From: Massilicoli timonensis
GTDB taxonomy: Bacteria > Bacillota_I > Bacilli_A > Erysipelotrichales > Erysipelotrichaceae
Length of the DNA: 32,000 nt
Direction of reading: 5' to 3'
Assembly: GCF_900199515.1 (NCBI RefSeq)
Contig: NZ_LT963434.1
Location: 2,058,367 to 2,090,366 of the forward strand
Under the pieces are notes generated by a model that worked only from the letters and a program-made list of their open reading frames with translations, had not been told where the DNA came from and did no database searches. The translations under genes were made by a program, and so were the position numbers. Shown piece by piece: positions 1 to 7,974 of the stretch. Position 1 is the stretch's first letter. Every line of letters begins with the position of its first letter.

Positions 1-144
1 TTCTGCACATCGGGCGGAAGTGGAATCGAGACCAGTGTACGGGAATTAGAAGCGTATCGGGAATCGGTAAACTGGCTTGGCGGACAGCGTTTTGCCGGTG
101 CAGATGCTTCACAGGTGCGTGCATGGGTGGATAGCCTGCAGTAA
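1..144 (+). CDS. 3' end of an unidentified CDS (partial, continues upstream of the window)
   Basis: Frame 1 is open from base 1 to TAA 142-144 (47 codons, FCTSGGSGIETSV...RAWVDSLQ). No family recognisable from this fragment. Confidence 0.45.
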   Translation, partial: FCTSGGSGIETSVRELEAYRESVNWLGGQRFAGADASQVRAWVDSLQ

Positions 145-300
145 GAAAAGACTTGCTGATGAACTTCAAGCGGCGATCAAAGGAATCCCAGAAACTTGTT
201 TGCATGATGCGGTTTGATTTGGCGAAATCTTAAGAAGCAAGTGGTATTTTACCTATTTGTGCTGATATGCGCAAAATAAACGAAATGAAATGATCTGAAA

Positions 301-329
301 TTGACAAGCAGGGGAATTGGATATATAGT
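301..329 (+). promoter_or_regulatory. Sigma-A-type promoter of marR/ABC operon 1
   Basis: TTGACA 301-306, 17-nt spacer, TATAGT 324-329, about 45 nt upstream of the marR start. Confidence 0.6.
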
Positions 330-336
330 TAGATTG

Positions 337-355
337 CTAATTATTAGTAAACTAA
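337..355. promoter_or_regulatory. Overlapping palindromes, candidate MarR operator
   Basis: CTAAT-T-ATTAG (337-347) and TTAGT-AA-ACTAA (344-355) lie just downstream of the -10 box, where MarR autorepressors typically bind. Confidence 0.4.
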
Positions 356-375
356 CTAATGAAGGAGGGATGGTA

Positions 376-822
376 ATGGACAAACTGGCCCTGCATACGT
401 TGCTATTTCGGATCACACAGTTACAGAAGGCGCATTTGCGGCCGCGCATGCGTTCTTGTGATCTGACACAGGGACAGCCGAAAGTGCTGCATTATTTAGC
501 AAAGCACGCTCCATGCCGGCAGATCGAAATTGCCCGCAGCTGCAATATCGAGGCGGCAACCGCATCAAAGCTGCTGGACAACATGGAAGCGAAAGGCTTG
601 ATTTGCAGAGAAGCGGTACCAAGTGACAAACGCGCGGTGGCGGTCGTGATGAGCGAACAGGGAAAACAGGCGTTCATGAAGTGGCAAAGCCGTTATCGTG
701 AGGTGGAACAGATCGCCTGCCACGGTTTTGATGAATCGGAAAAAGCACTGCTGTGGAATCTGTTGGAGCGGGTCTATGAAAACCTGCAAGAGGCAGCGGT
801 AGAGGAGGATGCACATGCTTAA
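376..822 (+). CDS. MarR family transcriptional regulator
   Basis: ORF 301-822. SD GGAGG 364-368 favours ATG 376 (7-nt spacing; ATG 370 is too close). Size and winged-HTH region (PKVLHYLAKH...QIEIARSCNIEAATASKLLDNMEAKGLICRE...DKR) are typical of MarR. Confidence 0.85.
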   Translation: MDKLALHTLLFRITQLQKAHLRPRMRSCDLTQGQPKVLHYLAKHAPCRQIEIARSCNIEAATASKLLDNMEAKGLICREAVPSDKRAVAVVMSEQGKQAFMKWQSRYREVEQIACHGFDESEKALLWNLLERVYENLQEAAVEEDAHA

Positions 823-2563
823 AAAACTGTATCCTTATATGAAGCCATATCGCTTATCTTTATGGATCGCGGTACTGTGCGTTTCTCTTGAAACTGTTTT
901 TGAGCTCATCATTCCGATGATGATGGCGGATATGATCGATGTCGGTGTAGCGGCGCGCGATCTTGACTATATGATTTGGAAAGGCATGCAGATGTCGGTA
1001 TGCGCGGTCGTTTCTTTGATCTTGGGACTGCTTTACGCTCGATTTGCGGCAGTTGCGGCACAGAGCTTTGGAGCCGATCTGCGTATGGCGGAGTTTGAAC
1101 AGGTGCAGAACTATCGCTTTTCCAGTTTAGATCGTTTTGAGACTTCTTCTTTGGTTACACGCTTGACCAACGATGTGAATGTGCTGCAAAATGCGATTTC
1201 GCAAGGACTGCGTCCCGGCGTGCGGGCGCCGATGGTGCTGCTTACCGGTTTGAGCGTCGCCTTTATGATGAATGGAGAGTTGGCGCTTGTATTCGTTGTT
1301 GCGATTCCGATCTTGGGCGCCGCCTTGTTTATGATCGTGCGCAAGGTCGCGCCGATGTATGAGAAGCTGCAAAAAGCGATCGATCGGGTCAATCTGATCG
1401 TACAGGAAAATCTGACGGCGATCCGTGTAGTAAAATCATATGTGCGTGAGGATTTTGAACAGCGAAAATTTGCGGAAGTCAATGAGGATCTGATGAAAGT
1501 CAGCCAGCGGACCTTCCATTTTGCACAGATGAATATGCCGGCCTTTCAGTTTGTCATGTATGGAGTCATCATCATGATCTTGTGGTTTGGCGGCAATATC
1601 ATTGAAGTAGGCGGCATGCAGGTGGGAGAGCTGACCGGATTTTTGAGCTATGTGTTACAGATCCTGAATTCTTTGATGATGCTTTCCGGAGTCTTTCTGC
1701 TGCTCATTCGCTCGATTGCTTCCGCAAAGCGAATCGAAGAGGTGCTGGATGAACCGCGTGATGAAAATTCTGCGCTTTGTACCCATGCACAGATCCAAAG
1801 CGGTTCGATTGATTTTGAACATGTGTATTTTAAGTACAGTGAGGATGCATTGGAATATGTTTTAAGCGACATCAATCTGCATATCGAGAGCGGACAGACG
1901 ATTGGGATCATGGGTGGTACCGGGGCGGCTAAAAGTACGTTGGTACAGCTCATTCCCCGTCTTTATGACACCAGCAAAGGCACGCTGAAGATCGACGGAC
2001 GACCGATCGAAACCTATGATCTGTATGAACTGCGTGATCAGATCAGCATGGTCTTACAAAACAACACGTTATTCAGCGGCACGATCAGGGAAAACCTGTG
2101 CTGGGGCAACCCACATGCGACACAAGAAGAGCTGGAATGGGCTTGCCGCATTGCCTGTGCCGATGAATTTATCAAACAGAAGCCGAATGGCTATGATGAA
2201 GATCTGGGACAGGGCGGCGTGAATGTATCCGGCGGACAGAAGCAGCGGCTCTGTATTGCCAGAGCATTATTAAAGCATCCCAAGGTGCTGATCTTTGATG
2301 ATTCTACTAGTGCCGTAGACAGTGCGACAGAAAGTACGATCCGCGAAGGACTGGCTTCTTTGAAAGATGTGACGAAGATCATCATTGCCCAACGGGTTAC
2401 TTCCGTCATGAATGCCGATCAGATCATCATCATGGAAGATGGAACGATTGCCGACAGCGGCACGCATGAGGAACTGTTGGCGCGCAATGCAACGTATCAG
2501 TCCTTATATCATTCACAGCAGGAAGGAGTGTTGGAAGATGGCAAGACCGATTTCCGGCGCTAA
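815..2563 (+). CDS. ABC exporter permease/ATPase, degenerate-site subunit of a heterodimer
   Basis: SD GGAGG 804-808 favours ATG 815, an 8-nt overlap with the marR stop. N-terminal TM domain plus NBD: Walker A GGTGAAKST, signature VSGGQKQRL. Walker B is LIFDD (Asp replaces the catalytic Glu) and the switch His is replaced by Gln (IIAQR). Confidence 0.9.
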   Translation: MLKKLYPYMKPYRLSLWIAVLCVSLETVFELIIPMMMADMIDVGVAARDLDYMIWKGMQMSVCAVVSLILGLLYARFAAVAAQSFGADLRMAEFEQVQNYRFSSLDRFETSSLVTRLTNDVNVLQNAISQGLRPGVRAPMVLLTGLSVAFMMNGELALVFVVAIPILGAALFMIVRKVAPMYEKLQKAIDRVNLIVQENLTAIRVVKSYVREDFEQRKFAEVNEDLMKVSQRTFHFAQMNMPAFQFVMYGVIIMILWFGGNIIEVGGMQVGELTGFLSYVLQILNSLMMLSGVFLLLIRSIASAKRIEEVLDEPRDENSALCTHAQIQSGSIDFEHVYFKYSEDALEYVLSDINLHIESGQTIGIMGGTGAAKSTLVQLIPRLYDTSKGTLKIDGRPIETYDLYELRDQISMVLQNNTLFSGTIRENLCWGNPHATQEELEWACRIACADEFIKQKPNGYDEDLGQGGVNVSGGQKQRLCIARALLKHPKVLIFDDSTSAVDSATESTIREGLASLKDVTKIIIAQRVTSVMNADQIIIMEDGTIADSGTHEELLARNATYQSLYHSQQEGVLEDGKTDFRR

Positions 2564-4394
2564 GCCGAAAGATTTCCGCTATACCTGGAAGCGGCTCATG
2601 CACTTCCTCGCATTACAGAAATACCTGCTTTTGCTGGTCGGCGTTTTGGTGATCATTTCAGCCGGAGTGGAACTGATCGGCACTTATTTATTAAAGCCGA
2701 TCATCAATGAATATATCCTTCCGGCAGATTTATCGGGCCTGCTTGCGGTACTGGGATTTATGGCGCTCATGTATGGTGGCGGAGTAGCGGCGACATACGG
2801 CTATACCCAGATCATGGTAAAAGCCGCGCAGAAAATCGTCTGTGAAATCAGAAACGCCCTGTTTGCGAAAATGCAGAAGCTGCCGCTAGTGTTCTTTGAC
2901 AGCCGCACCCATGGTGATACGATGAGCCGATTTACCAATGATATTGATACTTTGGCAGAAGCGCTGAATAACAGCTTTGCGGTCGTGATCAAAAGCTTTA
3001 TCCAGATTACAGGAACATTGACGCTGATCGTGCTCTTAAACTGGCAGCTGTCGATCATCGTATTGATCTGTTATCTGTTAATGTTTGCCTATATTTTATA
3101 CAGCAGCCGCAGAAGCAAATACTATTATCATTTCCAGCAGAAACACTTAGGTGCGTTAAACGGCTTTGTGGAGGAAATGGTAGAAGGGGCGAAGGTCGTC
3201 AAGGTCTTTCATCATGAACGGGAAAATCTGGAGGCCTTTGCCAAGAAAAACAAAGAACTGCGCAATGCGGCAATCGGCGCTTTAACGTATTCCGGCAGTA
3301 TGGTGCCGATCGTCGTCAGTATCTCTTATGTGAATTATGCGATCGTTGCCGTAGTCGGCGGTTTTATGGCGGTCAAAGGCTGGAGCGATCTGGGTTCACT
3401 TGCCAGTTATCTGGTATTTGTGAGACAGCTGGCAATGCCGATCAATCAATTCACGATGCAAAGCAATTTCTTGCTTTCGGCAATGTCCGGGGCAGAGCGC
3501 ATCTTTGAAGTGCTGGATCAAAAGGATGAAATAGATGAAGGAAAGGTAACACTGGCAAAAGTGAAGATCCTTGACGATGGTACGATGATAGAATGTAACG
3601 AAACGACCGGAAACTGGGCATGGCGTCATCCGCGTGCGCACGGAGTCGAACTGGTGCCGTTAAAAGGAGATGTTCGCTTTGCGCATGTTACTTTCGGCTA
3701 TCAAAGCAGTCATCCGGTATTGAAGGACATTTCCTTATTTGCCAAGCCGGGCCAAAAAATCGCCTTTGTCGGTGCTACGGGAGCAGGTAAAACGACGATC
3801 ACCAACTTGATCAACCGCTTCTATGAGATTTCTTCCGGTGTGATCACTTATGATGGCATTGACATCCGTTTGATCGATAAGGCAGATCTGCGCCGCTCTT
3901 TGAGCATCGTATTACAGGACACCCATTTATTTACCGGTACGATTGCGGATAATATCCGCTATGGGAATTTAGAAGCAAGCGATGAAGAAGTGATCGCGGC
4001 AGCCAAATTAGCCAATGCCTATTCTTTTATCAAGCGTTTGCCAAAGGGGTATGATACGATGATAAACGGTGATGGCGGCAATCTTTCCAGTGGCCAAAGA
4101 CAGCTGCTGGCGATCGCACGGGCAGCCATTCACAATCCACCGGTATTGATCTTAGATGAAGCGACCAGCTCGATCGATACGCATACGGAGAAATTGATCG
4201 AACAGGGCATGGACGCCTTAATGGAAAATCGAACGGTATTTGTGATCGCGCATCGTCTTTCAACTGTACGCAACGCCCAGGCGATCATGGTATTGGATCA
4301 TGGAGAGATCATCGAAAGAGGCACGCATGAGGAACTGTTGGCGCAGAAAGGGGTTTATTATCAGCTTTATACCGGGCAGTTTGAATTAGAATAA
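2538..4394 (+). CDS. ABC exporter permease/ATPase, consensus-site subunit of a heterodimer
   Basis: RBS GGAAGGAG 2521-2528 and ATG 2538 (MARPISGAKPKDF), overlapping the upstream stop by 26 nt. Walker A GATGAGKTT, LSSGQRQLL, Walker B LILDE, H-loop IAHRL. Confidence 0.9.
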   Translation: MARPISGAKPKDFRYTWKRLMHFLALQKYLLLLVGVLVIISAGVELIGTYLLKPIINEYILPADLSGLLAVLGFMALMYGGGVAATYGYTQIMVKAAQKIVCEIRNALFAKMQKLPLVFFDSRTHGDTMSRFTNDIDTLAEALNNSFAVVIKSFIQITGTLTLIVLLNWQLSIIVLICYLLMFAYILYSSRRSKYYYHFQQKHLGALNGFVEEMVEGAKVVKVFHHERENLEAFAKKNKELRNAAIGALTYSGSMVPIVVSISYVNYAIVAVVGGFMAVKGWSDLGSLASYLVFVRQLAMPINQFTMQSNFLLSAMSGAERIFEVLDQKDEIDEGKVTLAKVKILDDGTMIECNETTGNWAWRHPRAHGVELVPLKGDVRFAHVTFGYQSSHPVLKDISLFAKPGQKIAFVGATGAGKTTITNLINRFYEISSGVITYDGIDIRLIDKADLRRSLSIVLQDTHLFTGTIADNIRYGNLEASDEEVIAAAKLANAYSFIKRLPKGYDTMINGDGGNLSSGQRQLLAIARAAIHNPPVLILDEATSSIDTHTEKLIEQGMDALMENRTVFVIAHRLSTVRNAQAIMVLDHGEIIERGTHEELLAQKGVYYQLYTGQFELE

Positions 4395-4495
4395 AAAACA
4401 GATAAAGCATTGTGCTTGAGATGGAATGTTCTGCTGCACAAGATATCATCAAGCGATCGAATCAAGAAAACAATTAAAAAGAAGGAGGCTGTTTT

Positions 4496-4969
4496 ATGAA
4501 AAACAAATTAGTGGCATATTTTAGTGCAAGTGGTGTAACGGCACATTTGGCGGCTCATCTGGCTGAGGCAGTCGATGCGGATCTGCATGAGATCAAACCG
4601 CTTGTGCCTTACAGCGATGCCGATCTCAACTGGAATGATGCGCACAGCCGCAGCAGCGTGGAAATGAAGGATAAGACATCACGTCCTGCCATTGCCAATC
4701 ATGTGGAACACATGGAAGGCTATGATACCATCTATATCGGTTTCCCGATCTGGTGGTACACCGCCCCGACGATCATCCATACCTTTTTAGAGCAGTATGA
4801 TCTAAACGGTAAAACGATCATTCCTTTCGCAACATCAGGAGGCAGCGCAATGGGAGCGACCAATCAGGATCTTGCCCCATCATGTCCCGGCGCGATCTTA
4901 AAAGAAGGAAAACGCTGGAATGCAGATGCTTCTTTGACCACATTAAAAAATTGGGCAGAACAGTTATAA
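4496..4969 (+). CDS. Flavodoxin-like protein (short FMN-binding family)
   Basis: 157 aa with RBS AAGGAGG upstream. N-terminal VAYFSASGVT and IGFPIWWYTAP motifs are typical of clostridial-type flavodoxin-fold proteins. Confidence 0.75.
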   Translation: MKNKLVAYFSASGVTAHLAAHLAEAVDADLHEIKPLVPYSDADLNWNDAHSRSSVEMKDKTSRPAIANHVEHMEGYDTIYIGFPIWWYTAPTIIHTFLEQYDLNGKTIIPFATSGGSAMGATNQDLAPSCPGAILKEGKRWNADASLTTLKNWAEQL

Positions 4970-4983
4970 AGTGAGGCAGTGAA

Positions 4984-5496
4984 ATGGAATTCAAAGATGT
5001 AATAAACAATCGCTATTCTTGTAAGAACTTTGACGGCCGCAAAGTAGAGCGTGCGGCATTACAGGAAATTTTAGAAGCCGCAAGGAAAGCGCCGACTGCG
5101 AAAAACTTGCAGGAATATCATCTTTATGTCATAGAAAGTGAGGAAGGATTGGCAAAGATCGATCGCTGTACGCCGTGTCGCTATCATGCGGGTACCGTAA
5201 TCATGGTAACCTATGACAGCACCAATGTCTTTGTCTATCCCGGTGACAAGCGTGATTCCGGTATAGAAGATGCGACCATCGCCGCAACGCATCTCATGCT
5301 TGCGGCAGCCGATCAGCAGGTAGACAGCTGCTGGATCAATTACTTCGATCCGCAAGAACTGGCAGAAGTCATGGAGCTGCCAAAACAGGAAGAAGTGCTG
5401 ATGCTATTAGATCTGGGCTATCATGCGCAGGGAACAGGACCGCTGTCATCTCACAGTGAACGCAAATCGCTGAGGGAAACGGTTACTTATTTGTAG
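4984..5496 (+). CDS. Nitroreductase family protein
   Basis: 170 aa. N-terminus NNRYSCKNFDGRKVERAALQEILEAARKAPTAKNLQ matches the nitroreductase fold signature. Starts 14 nt after the flavodoxin stop. Confidence 0.8.
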   Translation: MEFKDVINNRYSCKNFDGRKVERAALQEILEAARKAPTAKNLQEYHLYVIESEEGLAKIDRCTPCRYHAGTVIMVTYDSTNVFVYPGDKRDSGIEDATIAATHLMLAAADQQVDSCWINYFDPQELAEVMELPKQEEVLMLLDLGYHAQGTGPLSSHSERKSLRETVTYL

Positions 5497-5512
5497 ATAA
5501 GATGCAGGGATC

Positions 5513-5563
5513 AAACCACCTGTTTACGATCTTATGAAAGGATCATAAGCAGGTGGTTTTCTA
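5513..5563 (+). terminator. Intrinsic terminator after the nitroreductase gene
   Basis: AAACCACCTGTTTACGATC ... GATCATAAGCAGGTGGTTT long stem followed by TTCT. Confidence 0.65.
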
Positions 5564-5784
5564 TGCGCAAAGCATGCAATTAAGGGAAAGGGAATGGCAG
5601 GAAGAAAAAGGTTTCCTTTATTTGTAAGATCAGACTGTTTTTGCGTTTGACATGCTATTTTAAGCTTACGCTACATAAGAAACAAAAACGATGCCACACT
5701 ATTTAAGAATTTCCTATCGGAAATTTAATAACTGTTAAGATTTCACATTCCCTTTCTGTGATAAAGTAAAGACAGGTGATGATC

Positions 5785-6441
5785 ATGAAAGGTTTATTTT
5801 CAATAATCAGTTTTGCTTTAATCAATATCATGGGACTTGTACAGTTCAATATTCCCACTTTGCAGGAAAAACAGGCGGATCATTTGATGATCGTTGCGCA
5901 TCCGGATGATGAGATTTTGTGGGGCGGTGATGAACTGCGGCGGGAGAACTATGTCGTGGTATGTTTGACAAATGGCGATAATGATGTGCGGCGCAAGGAG
6001 TTTTTTTCGGTGATGAAACAAAGCGGGGACAAAGGCATTATCCTCAGTTTTCCCGATAAGGTAGCGGGCAAGCGCAGCGAGTGGAAAAAAGAATATACGC
6101 AGATTGAAAAAGAAGTCGAACAGCTGATGAAATCACGTGAATGGAAAAAGATCGTAACGCATAATCCGGATGGAGAATACGGACATAATCATCATAAGAT
6201 GACAAGCCGCATCGTAACGGATATCGCAGAAGAAATAGGATACCGCAATCTCTATTATTTCAATCATTACACCAAAAAAGATGATCTGAAGAAAAGTGAT
6301 GAACAGCCGTATATCAGCGAAGCGGGCATTAAGTGGAAAGGAGAAATGATGAAGCTTTATCAATCACAAAGCGCAGTCAATGAGAAACTGAAACATATGT
6401 ATGGCTATGAAAAGCTGATCCCGCAAAAAGAGTGGGAATAA
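5785..6441 (+). CDS. PIG-L/LmbE family N-acetylglucosaminyl deacetylase with N-terminal membrane anchor or signal
   Basis: VAHPDDEILWGG motif (PIG-L zinc site) and a later HxxH (GHNHH). Hydrophobic N-terminus LFSIISFALINIMGLV. AGGTG 5774-5778 favours ATG 5785; GTG 5776 and ATG 5779 are alternatives. Confidence 0.75.
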   Translation: MKGLFSIISFALINIMGLVQFNIPTLQEKQADHLMIVAHPDDEILWGGDELRRENYVVVCLTNGDNDVRRKEFFSVMKQSGDKGIILSFPDKVAGKRSEWKKEYTQIEKEVEQLMKSREWKKIVTHNPDGEYGHNHHKMTSRIVTDIAEEIGYRNLYYFNHYTKKDDLKKSDEQPYISEAGIKWKGEMMKLYQSQSAVNEKLKHMYGYEKLIPQKEWE

Positions 6442-6490
6442 TGTTCCTTAAATTTGCTTGTCTATGATGATTGTATGAACAAAAGAATCG

Positions 6491-6520
6491 ATGCTTCCCG
6501 ATAAAGGGAGGCATTTTTTA
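6491..6520 (+). terminator. Intrinsic terminator after the PIG-L gene
   Basis: ATGCTTCCC / GGGAGGCAT stem (one G:U pair), 6-nt loop, T6 tail. Confidence 0.65.
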
Positions 6521-6526
6521 TACAAT

Positions 6527-6551
6527 AAAAACCGGCATCTGCCGGTTTTTC
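6527..6551. terminator. Bidirectional terminator hairpin between convergent genes
   Basis: AAAAACCGGCA-TC-TGCCGGTTTTT, with an A-run and a T-run on either side. Confidence 0.65.
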
Positions 6552-6667
6552 ATAACATCAAACATTTTATCACTATCATAATTAAGGAAGGGGCAAAGCA
6601 GAATAGGAGAGGGAGGAATTTTATTAAATGTTCATGTCATGTAAGAATCACCGCTTTGCCCCTGTCC

Positions 6668-7579
6668 TTAAAGCGGCAGATTGCTCTCTTTTACGATATA
6701 GAGCGGTCGCTGCTTATTTTCCATATAATCTTTTGTTACATATTTGCCGACGATGCCGATGAAGATCAGCTGGATCCCACTTAGCAGCAATAAGATCGTG
6801 ACCAATCCGATCGCAAAGCTTGGGGCAAATAGCAGAAAGCCTAGGGAGATGACAGATGCCAGACATAAGGCGATCCCCAATACCATCGCCATATGTACCG
6901 GTGCTTCAGAGAAAGATAAGATACCTTCCATCGCATAGGAGAATAATGATTTCAGGCTCCATTTACTGTTTCCGGCTGCCCGTTCTTCATCTTCAAAGGG
7001 AATCCATTTGGTCTTAAAGCCGACAAAGCTGAACAATCCTTTAGAATAGCGGTTGTATTCCTTCATTGATAAGATCGCATTGATCATACAGCGTTTCATC
7101 ATCCGGAAATCGCCTTCGCCCTCTTTCATCTCGACATCGCTTAAACTGTTGATGACCTGATAAAAGTTGTGAGATACGAATTTGCGCAGTCTGCTGTCAT
7201 GCGTGCGGGAAATTCTGAGCCCACCGGCACAGTCATAGCCTTCTTCGCTGATCGCCGCATACATATCTTTCAAAAGATAAGGCGGATGTTGTAAATCAGC
7301 GTCCATGATGACCGCATAATCGCCATGACAGGCTTTTAATCCCGCATACATGGCCGCTTCTTTTCCGAAATTGCGGGAGAAAGAAACATAAATGCAGTGT
7401 TCGTCAATGGCTGACAGCTGTTTGAGCAGCTTCAGCGTATCATCGCTTGAACCGTCATTGACCATGACGATTTCATAGTCCACCGGCATCTGATCCACCT
7501 GCTTACAGAGAGCTTCATGAAATAATAAGATGCTTTCTTCTTCATTGTAACATGGTACGATAATGCTTAATAAACTCAT
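6668..7579 (-). CDS. GT2 polyprenyl-phosphate glycosyltransferase (CsbB/GtrB/ArnC-like)
   Basis: 303 aa. IIVPCYNEEESI, VNDGSSDDT and the DADLQHPP (DxD) motif, plus two C-terminal TM helices. RBS AAGGAG upstream. Confidence 0.88.
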   Translation of the reverse strand: MSLLSIIVPCYNEEESILLFHEALCKQVDQMPVDYEIVMVNDGSSDDTLKLLKQLSAIDEHCIYVSFSRNFGKEAAMYAGLKACHGDYAVIMDADLQHPPYLLKDMYAAISEEGYDCAGGLRISRTHDSRLRKFVSHNFYQVINSLSDVEMKEGEGDFRMMKRCMINAILSMKEYNRYSKGLFSFVGFKTKWIPFEDEERAAGNSKWSLKSLFSYAMEGILSFSEAPVHMAMVLGIALCLASVISLGFLLFAPSFAIGLVTILLLLSGIQLIFIGIVGKYVTKDYMENKQRPLYIVKESNLPL

Positions 7580-7974
7580 ACGATCATCTCCTTATGTTCC
7601 TTGAATACAAATATTTTGGCGGCGATATAATTAAACAGCAGCACAGCTCCCGATACAAACAGCTTAGAAAGCATGATGGCGATCGGCATCCGTGATAACA
7701 GAAATAATAAAACATTTTCCATCAGCAGGGAAAGCACTCTGCTGGTAAAAAAGGAAACCGCCTGCCGCGTGAGATTGCCTTTGCTTTGAAAAACGATGCC
7801 GCGGTTGGTAACGAAAGCAAATAAAACGGCAAATATCCATGCGATGCTGTTTGATGCGATCAGTTCAATGCCTAAGATCACATGGCATAAATAAAACACG
7901 ATAAAGTTAATGGCGGTCGTGCAGATGCCAAACCAGATATACAGCAGGGTTTCACGAATTTGTGCTTTTCTCAT
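7576..7974 (-). CDS. GtrA family membrane protein (putative lipid-linked sugar flippase component)
   Basis: About 132 aa with four hydrophobic segments. ATGA 4-nt overlap with the downstream GT2 gene. The start at MRKAQIRE (7974) overlaps the yfhO 3' end. Confidence 0.75.
   Translation of the reverse strand: MRKAQIRETLLYIWFGICTTAINFIVFYLCHVILGIELIASNSIAWIFAVLFAFVTNRGIVFQSKGNLTRQAVSFFTSRVLSLLMENVLLFLLSRMPIAIMLSKLFVSGAVLLFNYIAAKIFVFKEHKEMIV

Noticed and set aside
2412-2537. Upstream extension of the second ABC subunit (ORF-track start at 2412)
   Set aside because: The extension lies wholly inside the first ABC CDS and has no SD. ATG 2538 has a GGAAGGAG RBS and gives the typical MARP...KPKDF N-terminus.
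6491-6784. 97-aa plus-strand ORF
   Set aside because: It runs through two terminator hairpins and into the antisense of the GT2 gene. It has no SD.
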